A stretch of 63,296 nucleotides of DNA, counting the filler, from Choristocarpus tenellus KU-1152 (Eukaryota; Protista; Phaeophyceae), in assembly GCA_964200185.2 (NCBI GenBank). It is 9 parts of 9 records of this genome, joined end to end, with 100 filler letters (N's around TTAATTAATTAA, not from the genome) between each part and the next. Parts side by side here need not be neighbours in the genome. Positions count along the whole stretch, not along the records: positions 22,364 to 25,381 come from CAXNAD020022902.1; positions 25,482 to 36,426 come from CAXNAD020002611.1; 7 more parts are not named here. One strand, written 5' to 3'. Under the pieces are notes generated by a model, which saw only the letters and a list, made by a program, of their open reading frames with translations, made no database searches and had not been told where the DNA came from. The translations under genes were made by a program, and so were the position numbers. Positions 22,264 to 36,133 of the stretch are shown in pieces; within the stretch, counting starts at the first letter, position 1; the number at the start of each line of letters is the position of its first letter.

Positions 22264-23457
22264 NNNNNNNNNNNNNNNNNNNNNNNNNNNNNNNNNNNNN
22301 NNNNNNNTTAATTAATTAANNNNNNNNNNNNNNNNNNNNNNNNNNNNNNNNNNNNNNNNNNNNGGTTGCTCCTTGCAAAGAAGTGCAGTTTGTCCTAGAA
22401 CTAGTGCTTCACTACCCTCCCCTACTTGACTGTATACAAAAAATCAATCTCACTTTCCCATTTCCTCCCCTTCTCGCCCAATCCTGATGGATTCGTCACG
22501 ACGTAAGTACATTATTGTGGTATAAATATTGACCCTTGTTTATGTGACCACTGGTGTTGTGAATCGTAATGATTAAGTCGGTCCGATTTGATTATTTCCC
22601 AGTCTGATTCGAAACCGAAACTCTTGGGACCATTTTGTAAGATATTTCCTATTTCTCAGGTGTGGATGGGTTGGAGAATGTAGAGACCATAAACATTTTT
22701 TAGTATTGGAAAATATGAGTATGACCAGGTACTCTGATGACGGTGAGGGTGAGTTCTTGCATCAGCATGGCGTAGACGTCGATATATCTGATGGATATGC
22801 CCCTTCCCGTGTGAAGGATGACGGCAAGGAAGGTGAACGGTTAGAAGATGTGGAATGTGCCTGAAATATTATTTGACGGCTGTCGACTCCTCGATACTGT
22901 GAAATATCAAGGTCACCAAAATACTTGCTAATTGGGATGTACTTATCACCACAGATGGTCGGACAGGTCCTTCCAGTCATACCTTTCACTCCCTTGGCAC
23001 ATCTGCATTAATTACCTGTTCGAGATTATCACTATCTCTCTCCGCACTACATCAAGCACTCAGGCAGAATGACAAAAGATCTTGGTCAAAACCTTGTAGA
23101 GTTGATAAAATGCGAGATCTTCATGCAGATAGTCCTGTTATGGGACCAAGCCCACATAAACATATTACCCACATTGAAGGGGGGGCAGTCCTCCCAGAAA
23201 CGACACAAGGGCTTCGTAAGAGCCTCCCTTGAAATATTCGAAGGAGGTTCATTTGCTGGTGGTGTGGATATTGGAGCACATACGGGAAGCAGCACATGTG
23301 GAAGGTGAGTGCATTCAAGGTTGCAGGAGGGCTCCCCAAAATTGACTTGGACAATGGAGCTTACAACAACCAGCTGAAGTAACATGGGAAAGGAGTTCCT
23401 AATTTCTCCTGCTGGCCCAATCACCTCGCTGCATTTTGGTCAAATGTGTAAACGAGA

Positions 23458-23679
23458 GGTACCCAGGTTTGACCCGTTTTACATTGGAAGACACTTTTCA
23501 TCTTTGGCATTCACCTTTTATCTCTTTGTATCAAGTACTAGGATGGATTCGAGACTGTTAATTTCTTTAATTTTAGAAATTTTCGACAGAATTCGGAAAT
23601 TCTCAACACGGATTTGAACAAAAAGCCGAGTTTTTCACAAGTTTGTCAGTGTCGTTAAAATGGAACAGTGGTGGGTACC
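23458..23679. mobile_element. Putative MITE family C (copy 2), TIR GGTACCCA/TGGGTACC
   Basis: Short inverted termini and similarity to 621-840. Confidence 0.55.
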
Positions 23680-25029
23680 CGTAGTGTACTTTGACTCATT
23701 TGTTGCACAAAACAGACTCAAGACGCATGTTCTCAACATCTGGGAATATTGCAACTTCCAAACTGGCTGGACCCACAAAATGTGCACCATTCTGTCTTCC
23801 TTGGCAACATAGCCCCAATGAAGGCGGAAGCATGTGCAAAAAAAGTCAACAAAAACGGTACAACCTGAAGACTCTAGCAGCAATGTGTAGCCACTACATA
23901 CACAAACAGATAATGTAACCAATCGAAAAAATAACACACATCATTCCCCATTTCATTATCTTCATCTTCAACAACTCTCCAGTCCCCACTTTCTATTCAA
24001 ACAGAAACAACAAGCGTACCGAAACAAACATTCCCTTGGACAACACATCGACATGAGACATTAATCTGATAGTGGAAAAAAAGCAAATAAAATAGGAACT
24101 TTTTTTTTCTCTTCTGGTCAGATCCTTCATGAGCTGGAGAACCATTTGCCTCGTGGCACTTCGTGCATCATCTCGGTTTGATAATAAAAAGAAATGGAGT
24201 ATATATTCAATAATAGTTGCTTTCGATTGCCAACACTGACTATCTCCCATACAGTCTTTTTGACCCCCATCCATTACATTCATAAATCATGCTGTCCAAC
24301 CCCAGTCCCCCAACTTCACACATTTTATTACCTCTCATCAAAGCTACATGTAGCTGGATGGATATCCTCGCCTCCCTATTAGAAAACCTTTCAGAGGGTT
24401 ACTGCAATCAAAAGTCACATCCACTATAAAAACGAAGTCACGACAGAATCTCAATCGAATCACAAAATATCTCACATTTCAGAGTACTTGTACACCAGAG
24501 TGAAGTATGTTTCTAATATTTCAGAATACAGTGACTGGTGCTACCAGAACTACCACTCACAAGCGTACCCCTAAAAAGCACCCTTTCCTGCGGGCCTTCA
24601 ACTGTACTTTCCCACCTCGCATAAGGAGTTGATTTGAATGGCGAACTTTCAAATATTCCAAGACAGCTAATTCACCCCTGCAACAAAAAGGTAGTGGCCA
24701 ATGAAATACACCCCCTCCCAATAACTATATGTGAGACATACTTCCCCACAGATGCAATCTGCTTCACATCAACACTGGAGAGCTACAGGGTAGCACAGAT
24801 AAATCAATTTCTGCAGAGAACAACACACCAAGTTGATTTTTCAGCACTTCCTAGAACTATTTCAGTGACTTTAATCGCTAACCACACACTACACAACTCG
24901 TGCACCATAGATACACAAACCCCATAACAACAAAGTATGCATAACCATGTACATAAGTTCTCGATCAAAAACAATTATCAGACAAATAGGCTTTCTCAAC
25001 AAACTCTTAAGCACATCATCCAAGCTGCC

Positions 25030-25175
25030 TCAAGGTTGTACATTTTTTCACCAAGCTTGCCCTCATGCTCTCTCATCCTGACATCAAGGTTGTGATTTTT
25101 CTCACCAACCTCGCCCTCACGCTCACTCATCCTGATATCAAGGTCACCAACCTTCTCACCAAGTTTGCCCTCAAG
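25030..25175 (-). repeat. 54-nt tandem repeat (~2.7 units), open on the minus strand
   Basis: EGKLGEKVGDLDIRMSER / EGEVGEKNHNLDVRMREH / EGKLGEKMYNL. Confidence 0.75.
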
Positions 25176-25311
25176 ATCACTGGTAGGTTCAGTGGGTACC
25201 ACCAGTCTCAAGCCTGCAATATCAAAATCAACTCGACACTCCCCCAAATCCCCTCTCCACAACACTGAGTCATTCATCCACTCTTCGACACTACCATCAT
25301 CATATGTGTAA

Positions 25312-25381
25312 GGCTCAAAGTATCTGAGAGGGGGTGGCGGCTGTCCATTTGGGGTCAATTTTTTCATGTCGCGATTTTTGG
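25312..25381. mobile_element. MITE family A, cut by gap
   Basis: ggctcaaagtatctgagagggggtggcggctgtccatttgggg. Confidence 0.85.
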
Positions 25382-25481
25382 NNNNNNNNNNNNNNNNNNN
25401 NNNNNNNNNNNNNNNNNNNNNNNNNTTAATTAATTAANNNNNNNNNNNNNNNNNNNNNNNNNNNNNNNNNNNNNNNNNNNN

Positions 25482-25600
25482 TTTTTTTAGTGTAATTTGG
25501 TCGCACGTGTCGGACTTGAAATGCCAGCAAAAAAACCCGTTGTTTGACCGAAACGGACGCCCCCTTACAAACCACCCCCCCCCCCAAAGATACTTTGACC
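25482..25600. mobile_element. Divergent MITE-A-related terminus
   Basis: ...accacccccccccccaaagatactttgaccc; interior only loosely similar to family A. Confidence 0.6.
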
Positions 25601-25890
25601 CAGATTTTGCTCTTTTTGCTAAGTCTGCCATCTCTGAAAAAACGTTTGTGCTCAGAGGGCGGTTTCTCAACCATTTCGATGTGAAAGAATATTTTGAAGG
25701 TATCTATGTGCAACCCAAAGTTGTTGGCTTTCTAACGATATTATATATTTTTTCTGAACCTCACATTTGAAAAAGGTGATTCACAACAAACCATAACGAT
25801 ACAGACTTAAGGGATAGAGGAGTATAGTTCTAAATAGAATATATCAGCACTGGTTCTGTGTTGAGCAAGGAGGAAAGAAAACAACTAAGA

Positions 25891-26147
25891 GAGTGAAATT
25901 ATCTTAGAGGGTACGAGTTTTGCCCTGTTTGTCCATTTGGGGTTTGACTTCCCTCGTTTTTTTATGACATTTTCCTTCTCCAAAATATTTCGGAGTAGGT
26001 AAAATGTATACGTTATGAAAAGGTGTGTCCGCAACAAGGATATTGACACTTCCTAACAAACACGATAGCCAAAATTACATCAAAATCGCAACATTGGGTT
26101 TCGGCCCCCAAATGGATGCGGTTCTACCTTCTAAGACACTTTGACTC
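25891..26147. mobile_element. MITE family B
   Basis: gagtgaaattatcttagagggtac...ctaccttctaagacactttgactc; flanks AGA/AGA. Confidence 0.9.
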
Positions 26148-27316
26148 AGAGTACAAGGAATTGAGAGGTAGGCAGTTTTGGACCCATTTGCACTGTAAGT
26201 CACCTTTCTCAAGCTGTGCAATACGCCCTGTTTCATTGCTTTATGTATGTAGTAGTGTATACCAAATTGATACTCCCCCTTGCCACACACAAGATGACAC
26301 CATATTTCAGGAAAGGATATTTCTGCAATTAATCGTATGAAAATGGGGGCATCTTCTTACCTTTTTCGGGATGCTTTAAATGCACTCTTCTTGCGCTACA
26401 CCTCAAGTACTTTGCCTCAAAACAAAAAAAATACTACTGTGGAGAATAAGAAGTCCCATGTAAAAGAATACAACGCAACAAATGTGGCAGAGGCTGTATC
26501 ATTAAGTCTAATTAGAGTTGTACTTGTACTTAGGGTTAGGGTTAGGGATTACTTGCACATTTAAAAAATAAGAAAACAACTAAATTCCATTAATAGAGTA
26601 ATACGATGAAGTCCTACTTACTCGAGAGCAAACATTGAATATTCTTCTATGTCAATCAGATTTGGACGCCACACCTTGACTTCAACATCATAATAGCAAG
26701 TTCCCTCGTCCACAAAAACACAAGGAGCCTTGCCACGCTCCCTAATCTTCTCTCTTATCCCCTTTGCAACCCTCGAGGGGTCCAGATCCTTGCAGAGCGG
26801 CGAGTATTTCTTCAAGTCCACTAGAAAATCTCATTGCACCAACACCTACTTGGACCTTCACACAAACGTTACTATCGCTGATAATAAGTATGTATTATAC
26901 TAACGCATTCAGGGAAACAAAGGGAGAAACTTACATAACTTGAGACTGTACCTGATGCCTACTTTCCAATTTCCTGTTTCCCATTTCTATTTTTATTCAT
27001 TTACATCTTTTCTTTCTTTATATGAAGTTTACGATAATCAACTTGAGAGGGTAGTCTGTATACGTTTATGGTGCCCCTCCTTTAAAAGGTATATGCCTCA
27101 GCGTCTGCTTCCTGATATGAAATCAGGATTGCTTCCTGACGACACATTATATGGGATGTTGAGTGGAGTTTGACCTCCCAACTTAGTGACCTCCTGACAC
27201 TTACCCTCTTGTTGTCTTATCTCTCTCCCTTTTCCTCTTCTTTGACTTCTCTCTCCCCTTTGTATAGTGGTTTTCACCTGTTCCACACCAAAAAATAAAT
27301 GAATAAATATATATAT

Positions 27317-27580
27317 GGGCACGGAGGGGTCTGTTGGATTCTTGGGATGCTTCCTTAGCTCCCCCCCTCGGGGCACAGGAGTAGGTAGATGGGAAGATAA
27401 GGAAGACAGTAGTACAATATTTGATGTGGTGAAGTAACTGATTAGTGGTTTCCACAGTCTTAGAGTGTTCTTATGTTTAGGATATTTTATTTCTCTAGGG
27501 CTAATAACGACATATATATATAGTTTTCATTGGTTTCCCCCCTGACACATCTGCAAAATGTCAGAGGGCATAATAATAGT
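27317..27580 (+). mobile_element. 5'-truncated CRE-like copy (3' UTR + hairpin + tail)
   Basis: Reverse-complement match to 21520-21775; ends ctgacacatctgcaaaatgtcagagggcataataatag. Confidence 0.8.
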
Positions 27581-28294
27581 AAAAAATATATCGATAATCG
27601 ATATCGCCATAGATAGTTTAGAGTTGTTGAGTGGAGAGAACAACAAGGGAGAGGAACAGCAGGGATAAGGGGAGATAAATTGAAAAGGAGTAAAGCATGA
27701 CTGAAGATGGCTCGAGTGTCTGCACTTCTTCTGCTGGTGAGCTGGGAATCTTGAATTGTTAGATCCTTTTTGGGACTGGATTGTCATTGCACCCGCTGAG
27801 ACCGTCCTCAAGGTGTTCCCAATCTGAATCGACTCGCCATGTTATCTGCTGCGTACAATCTAAATAATCCACATAGACGGTGGACCTGTAAAAAAATCAA
27901 CCAGACTTATCGGTAAGGATGGTTCGTACCAAAGTTTTCTAATTCGAACAAGAGGTGCTCATTACCTCTCAGCAGTGGCAGTTCCTTGTACAATACAGCT
28001 TTTGTATTCTCATTTGCAAAAAGTACATGGGTCCTTCCTCGTGTGGAAGTTTAGGATATGGTACCATGGGGTGGACAGTACTCTACATCTTTCATGACTT
28101 CGCGCCAAGAAAGTGTTTACTTCTTTTTCGTCCCCCTTGATGGGTTCTTGATAGATTCACGTTACGGGATTTATCTGTTTATACTGGAATTCATGCCTGC
28201 TTCAACCTCTTTTGTATACCGCCGAAGCTTTCATCCCACTCGTCTTTCCAAACCCCGCCCCTTTACTTGCACCTCTTGCCAAACTCGTGGATAG

Positions 28295-30640
28295 ATGTGG
28301 AGGCAGCGTGGAGGGATGCGGACACCATGCGCCATTCCGTGGATGCTCTGCCCCCCGGTCTGGTGAAAGATAGCATGCAAAGGGCGCTGGAAGCTGTGTG
28401 CAGAGAGATTACCTCTCAGAGGGGGACTCATCCCCAGGCAGGGGCTGTGGCATGCGGTGGAAAGGAGGAAGGAATCGACTTGTGGACCCTCAAGGTGAGG
28501 TGGTTAAAGTACTAAGATCATGGGATAAATCCAAAGGATTACCTGTACGCAGGGTACGCATCTTGTTGGTGATGTAAAACTTGTCGCATACACTTTCGAC
28601 CAAACCCCTTCCCAGTATGAAACATTCCTCTTTCCTTCACATCTTTGTTTGCTTTTCACCCTTGTTGGAATGTTCCTGATGTCGCGAACTCTCATAAAGC
28701 TATGTCCCCAATGTTAACTTCCATACTCTGTTGTATAAACTCGGATAGGTGTCTCTACCAGACGGAAGAAGGGTGACAGTGGAAATGCCATCAACTGGGG
28801 GAGATGGTACACTAAGGGACTTGCGCGCACGTATCTCGGTCTTGTGTGGCATACCTCCTCAAGAACAGGTTGGGAAAAGGGGGGGGCGATGTTCAGAATA
28901 ACTCAGGGAATCACAAATCGTATATTTGTAAGTATGGTTGCCTTTTATTGGATGTTTAGTCTTGTGAATTGAAATAAAATCGTGATCTCTTACTGATTGA
29001 CTTGAAACAATTTGATCAACTACATTAGATTCAGTTGCACATGAAGTGTGCCAAGTGCCCCAAAATTAAAGTCCCCCCGGTTAATGAGGAGCTGCACAGA
29101 AGATAAAAATTAATTCTTTGAAAGCTCATTTCTGTGCTCTTCCTCTGTGAGAAGCACTATCCCCCTGTAATATCTGAGACGGACCAAAAATCCACCTGAC
29201 TAAAGGGTTGTAAATAGGGATTTATAATGTTTGATTTCAAAACACTTTCATTACCATGTTATTACCTGCCCACGACCACTCTTGCAATATCATTGGGGGG
29301 AAGACATAGATCAAAGAGATCTTGTACAATGATTACAACCAGACACAGACTCTCTTGTTTGGTTTACAAATCACACTTTTGCTAGTGCAATAAAGAACAA
29401 CGAACTTTTTTTTCTATTCATTGTTTTTGAAAGTATTTTTGTAGTATAGCAGTTCAGTCATGACAGCACTCAAATGACAAGAAGCAAGAAACAAGCTATA
29501 GAGCTGTGTGTTTTGACGAGGACTACTAGCTCCAGGAGTGTCAACTCCAGGTAAAATAGGTGTGGCTACAGAGTGCTGCCATGACTGAACATGGTAGGCT
29601 AACCCTTCTCCTGACCGTGGCTGGGATGACAAATATAGGAAACATCTCAAGAGTCCAGTATTATTTAAGTTTTCCCTTTGAAACACCTTGTTGATGATTG
29701 TAGGTGCTAAGTGCATCTGGACTACCGGAGGAACTGGTTGGTGGTGACCCCAGTACACCTTTAAAGGACTGCCCTGGACTCTCTAATCAAGCGCAGTTGT
29801 CCCTCAGGAAGGCCACCCCTACACCTGCTCAAAGAGAGGGGCGAGGTGTTGTTGCTGTGGGGGGTGGTGGAGATGGGGGGATGTCCGAGACATGGCTTGT
29901 GTTGAGCAAGGTACTCCTATTATTGTTTTCTCTGTGGGGGTCAACTAGGTGTAATTCTGAAGGTGTAGTTTTTGCTGAGTGCATTAGAGTAGGTTTCGTG
30001 TGACTTGATTTTTTTAAAATTATCAGTAAGTGTGTCTGCTTTAAGAGATGTGGTTGGTGCAGATTAAAAGTGGGCAGGTATTGTCATGAGTTGGAGACGT
30101 TGTCAATGGTGGGGTGACCTCTTGTGGAAGGCGAGGTAGGATATGTGCATGTCTCTACACACCGTTAATATTATTATTATTATTATTATTTATACTTGTA
30201 AGTGATAATAGTATCTCTGTTAGTGGTATCGTCTTTTTTTTTCTCTGTTTTTTTTATGACTTTTACATATTTTGTTGTGACTAGTACATGTTTTTTTACA
30301 ACCGGTACATATTTTGATACAACTGGTAAGTGTTTTGATACAACTGGTAAGTGTTTTGATACCACTGCTAAGTGTTTTGTTACGACTAGTACACTAGTAC
30401 ATGTTATGTTATGACTAGTGCATATTTTGTTACAACTGGTACATGCATTTCCTTTCAGGACATAAGTGGGTTCGTAGGTTGTGCTGTTGGGCCAATTAGG
30501 TCGACGAGAGACCGATAGCACAGTGTTGAAACAAATTGGTGCGATAAAGTGTTGATTTTTTTATGCATGATAGTGGGAAATAATTGATTGACACTTGATC
30601 TAATGTAGACACAAAGCTATCCTAAAGGTAGGTATGCCTT

Positions 30641-30673
<33 letters not shown>

Positions 30674-33103
30674 TGGAGCTGGACAGCTCATACGCAGCAC
30701 AGAGAAATACATCCCATCCCCTTCCCCTTCTTGCACTCACCTACAATATCGCAACATCACCTATCATCTTGCTACAGGCAATACAGGCTGGGGTTGTCCC
30801 AGTTACACAAGTCCACCAAGTGGGGGCTTCACTACATTGCTTGCTTATTTCCCGTGGCTTTGTTTGCACTGCAGAGGTTGAGGGGACGGGGGCTGTTAAG
30901 GGTTTTGCACCTCCAATGAAAGATGTTACTGAGCACCAGCTTGTGCCTACTGGATGGTGAGAGGGGGTTAGGGGATTGAAGCTGAGTGTTGGTGGGGAAA
31001 ATATTTGTGTGAGATGAGATGATATATGGTCCAGGAGGGAGGCTTGTTCAGCTCTGGCTGGCTTCACGTATGACTTGAATATTTTTCTTTGTAGAGGTTG
31101 GAAGTTTTGAGGTTCTTGAAAGTTTGTGGTATGAGATGTATGGGGTATGTTTAGTGATGGGGGTGTGATAGGTCGAATTGATCTTGATGCACTTTTGCTT
31201 GAAGCTCTGATGTCTCGTTCCACGTGTTCATTAGTGAACATTAGTAGGTTTCCCCTGCGGTAGGGAAGTCTCTCTACTGTGTATACTGCCGTGTTAAGCT
31301 TGCATTTGGTATTGTTTGACTTTTGCTCTTGAGTTTTTTTTTAATGGTTTGGTGCTTGACGACTGCTGCAGGTTTCTCATCACAGAAGGACAACTGTTGT
31401 GTGTGACTCACTTAAATGTAGATTGTAGTTGATGGTGTGCACTGTCCACTGTAGGGTGAGTTGTTGCCAGCTCGAGGTTATTTTTGTTGCCCTTAGCATG
31501 GTGTCCCGTTGTCCCACAGTGATTATAATCAATACCTGTAGTAGTTTGTTGCAGAGTGTGGTGACACATTTTTTAGATAGCTTAAGAACAGCCTTTTTGT
31601 GATGGGGTGGAGAACTGTTGGAGACTTAAATTGTGTGTTTTTAGATGCACAATTGTAGGAACCATCCAGCTCGTCTCTGCGTAGGTGTCAGGGTGGCTGC
31701 CATAGCTGAGGTTGTTGTTGTGCCTTGAATAGCAGGTGGTGAGTTGGGCGATCTATTTTTTTCTCCTTACCGAGATAGAACCATTTCACTATTACCTTTG
31801 TGAATTTTGCGGGTTCAAATCCCATCGACCCTATATTTTTTTTCATGGAAATGTGATTTCGAGTAGAAAAGGAAGTTTATGTGATAAGCATTGTGTCTAG
31901 CCATAGCTGTTAATTTCTTCAATGGAGCAGTTGTTTGTGTATGTATTTTCTGTCAAGTTAGGGTTAGGGTTAGGGTTAGGGTTAGGGTGAACGGCGTTTG
32001 TAAGTAGTTGTCAGTATGGTCTGAGAGTCTACTACTGTTCCTGTATTTTGATCTCACGCATGTCCCAATCCCCCGATCTTCCAACTACCTATCAATAGTA
32101 TTCCCTCCTACTTCTCTCAGCAGTGTGTTGTTGTAGGTCAATAGATGCGGCAAGTATATATTGTCTCTTACATAACATACCTAAAAAAACTTCACTGTGA
32201 TTCCATTCGTAACCCTTCCCCCCTGTACCTGGTCACCCTCCTGTGCCTGCTTCAATGGTGTGTTGATAGGGATGCTGATGCAGTGGCTGTTAGATTCCGT
32301 TATCGAAGGCCTGATACCTGTGGGACCAGCTACATCCTCTCTGTGCTCGAGGTGGATGCCTCAAAGGTTTTAGTAACCATGGTGAAGAAGGGTGAAGCGC
32401 CGCATATCACTGATGTTGACACAAGCCCTTTGTCCAATGGGGAAGGACTGGTCGTTCAAGATGAGGGTTTCTATGAGGTATGGAAGGGGAATGAGATCAT
32501 TATGCCCCCTTTTGTTTCTCTCAACCAGGGGTAGGCGAGGCTTTTAATCTGTGGGGTGGGGGTGGAGTTGGTTATTGATACAACGATTGAAGATGTGATA
32601 TTTGAAGTTACGATATTTATTATTTTTTACTTAGAGCACATCGGTGCATTTCATTATTGTCAAATCTACCTCATTATTTGGTACATGGACAGATGAGTGA
32701 TGTTGAGACATTGGACTATAGTTCAGTTACAGTTACTACAGTTCCGCACGACACAAGTTGTTGCACAGGAAATATTTGTGTTCACACTTTCCTCCTTTCT
32801 CGTGTATGTGTGTACGTTGTTGAGCATGCGGGTATTACTCTGTAGTTATTATAATAATATTATTATTAACATTTTGAAGTATTTGATTGAATGTGTGATA
32901 CGGGTTAACTATCCTTTTTATTTTAATAGTAATGTCTTATGTTACTTTTGTTTAACTTTTCATTTATAGTTATAATCATGGCTTTCAGGGTAATAAATAA
33001 TAAAACACGTAGGGTCCCCCGCAAGTAACTTCCACACTAATACAATTCGTAGTAAAATTCCCAGTGGAGATATAGTGCAGAAGTGCGCATGGACGCACGC
33101 ACG

Positions 33104-33167
<64 letters not shown>

Positions 33168-35878
33168 CTGGTGTTTTTTTTTGTTTCATTTTTTTAATTT
33201 TTATTTTTATTTTTATTTTTTTTATTTTTTGTATTATAGTATCTTGCACCAATTCACATCCCACATCCTTCCTGTCATTGGGATTCAGGCTCTCTTTGGA
33301 CAATTCCAGCGAGATGTGTTGCTACGCATTCTACCTCCTGGTGCACTTCCTCGGGATGCTTCACCACCTCAACAATCACCTATAGGGCAGGGGGGGGAGA
33401 GGAGAGGTAGTAATCCTCTAGTGTCAGAGCCTGGCCCTGGCCCGACCCAAGGTCTGTTTCCTGATGAGGATGATCCGTTGCGTGTGGGACCGCCAAGGTG
33501 ATGAGTAATGAAGATGGGTGTTTGTGACAAAAACGGTTTTTTAGGTGCTGGGGTGGGGTGGGGGAAGGAGGGTTTGTTGTGTGTTTTGTTTTTGTCTTAG
33601 AGAATTGACGTCATGGGGTACGTGATCGAAAGGTTGAATTTTCATGTACCTTGTTTGGTCAATATACTAAAAATGTTACAGGAGTGTTATTTTTTGTGAT
33701 GCATGAGGTGTACGGCCTTTTATGTGTAAGCGACAAGAAAGATGCTGTGTCTTGACTACCTTTTATGTGTAAGTAATAAAATTGATTATGCTTACTTTGA
33801 TTGGATTTTGTCTCTGATGCCTATAGTTACGGCGTTAAGAATAGTGTACTCCATTAGAAAGCATTTCTGAACTGTATTTGTTGCTTGAGTAGCTTTGAAT
33901 GCCATCTTCTGACTGCTAAACATGGTCTGAAGCCTTTTTGTCAAGATTTGAAGGGAAAAAACACTCTAGGTAGAAATAAACACCTGCACTTAGGAGGCGT
34001 ATGCACATGATCTTCCTCTTTGTTATCATTTGTCATTGTCCCCTACCAACATGTTCCTGCTGCCCTTCTCTTCATTTCCAACAGATTCGGAGGTCCTCCA
34101 GTGCCTCCAGGTATGGATCACACACCATTCTTGCCTGGCAGGAGGGGTGACTTTGATGGTGACTTATTCCCAGGTGGATTGAGAGGACTTCCAGGCCCTG
34201 GAGGTCTAGCAGGACCAGACCACCCTATGTTTGGTGGGGGAGGGGGGAGGTGAGTGTTGTTGCTGAGTAGGGGCTTGTCTGAAACATGAGGCATCCATCG
34301 TTTGTGACATGATCATTTTATTTATATTTTATAATATTTTTGATTCACGTTGAACATGAAGTGTTTTGTAGTAGTAGTGATGTATTAATGGGTTGAGTGA
34401 GTTGAAGGGTGAAGGTTGTGTCCTCTCTTGGTCAATGTCAAGTCGTACTACTATTTTTTAATATTCAATCTTTTTTTGTATATTTTCAGTAATTATTGTT
34501 GTATTGCCAGTAGTATATGGCACTTCAGTTGTGCAACTATTACCTTTTGGATAATGTAAATAAACAATGTTGTGAACCTTGTTTGTTCTCATATATATAT
34601 ATATATTTATTTTCAGTAGCAGGAGGCACAGATAACTATCACAATTGAGTCTTACTCCCCACAAGGTGTCCCTACTCAAGACGCACTAAATGCATTCATT
34701 CATGCCTATGGATTTGCCTGATGCTGACGCCTGTGGAGGCTTTACTCTAGAAAAGTCTTGAGGATCCATCCCATCTGCTGAGTGTGTCCTTCCACGTGTG
34801 ACGACTGAATCAAATTGGTTTGGAATTTTCCACCCAATTTCATATTTTAGTTGTATTAATTATTTTTAATTTTTTGTGGCTTGCAACACTTACGAAAAAT
34901 AATGAAGGACCCTTTCCCCTGCACTTCCGAATGACTTTGAATGGGAGGCGCTAAACTCACCCTGAGAATTGAAAAAAAGGAGTTTTGGAGTGGCTCTAGG
35001 GTGCTCGAGGGTGCTCGAGGGTGCTCTAGGGTACTCTATGCCAATGGCCTAAATATCTCCTTGGGGTGGGATTTCTTGTATCGAGACATGTTCCTGGCTC
35101 CTTTAGATGAGATAACTTATCTTTAGATGCGAACTTTTTTCCTGTGCCCTCTTGCTTGCCGATGTTGATAAAATGCAATGGGAAAGTGATGGAAGTAACT
35201 GGTACCCACTGGGACATGCATGATGAACAGGTAGTTAGTTGGTCAGTGCTGTTGGAAGGTGAACCAGGATGCAGCCATGTCAGGATGTATGAGAAAGCTC
35301 TGGTCTGAGAGGATGCATGTGTATGATATTAGAGTCTGTTGTGGATGTTTGTGGGTATGGACCTATGTTCTGTCCTATCATTGTTTATGGTCTTGCTGAG
35401 ATGAGGGTTGAGTTTATTATTGGATTGTGGTTTAGGGGCTTGGTGGGGATGAGGAGGCAGTGTCCATGTAAAAAGTACTTTCAAGTCAAAAAGGAAGTTT
35501 TGTGCCTGAGTTGTTACATATTTGGTAGTTGAGAGTATGTTAAAAGTATTACAGTTTGTTGCTCTCTCATGCCTTGATGCAGGTATTGGAAATAGTAGTA
35601 ATGGTAATGAGAATAAAAATATATTGTAACGGTAGTAACAACAATGATCATGATGCTTTAAATTATTGACCTGGGGGGAATAAGGGAGAAGCAGCTCTAT
35701 GACTGGTTTGTTGTGCAGTCATATTTACAGAATATCTCAACAATCTACGTAGAGGCTCAAAGTATCGCGGGGGCCATTTTTCCATGTTGCAATTTTTGGA
35801 TGATTTGGTTGCATGTGTCGGATAGGTAATGTAAGTACCCTTTTCCTGATCAGGGCCTGAATGGACACCCTGGTGTAG

Positions 35879-35919
<41 letters not shown>

Positions 35920-36083
35920 CCCCCCATTCGCTTCCTCCCCCCCCCCCCCGCCGCGCCCGGGGCCACGCCGTGGTCTCCCCCCCCCCCCCCCCCCCCCCCC
36001 AGATACTTTGAGCCATAGATATGTTTGTCCTGCAACATCCTTTAAAGCATACTTCAAGTTCTATTATTTTTTCAAGATTTACA

Positions 36084-36133
<50 letters not shown>

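Noticed and set aside
30268-30444. CRISPR-like array (also considered for 3470-3595 and the MITE repeats)
   Set aside because: Head-to-tail units without unique spacers, eukaryotic context, no cas genes.
31790-31835. Functional tRNA gene
   Set aside because: Only a T-arm/B-box is visible; no cloverleaf could be built.
35663-36057. Poly-Gly/poly-Pro ORFs here and at 8786-9130
   Set aside because: Translations of MITE G/C tracts, not genes.
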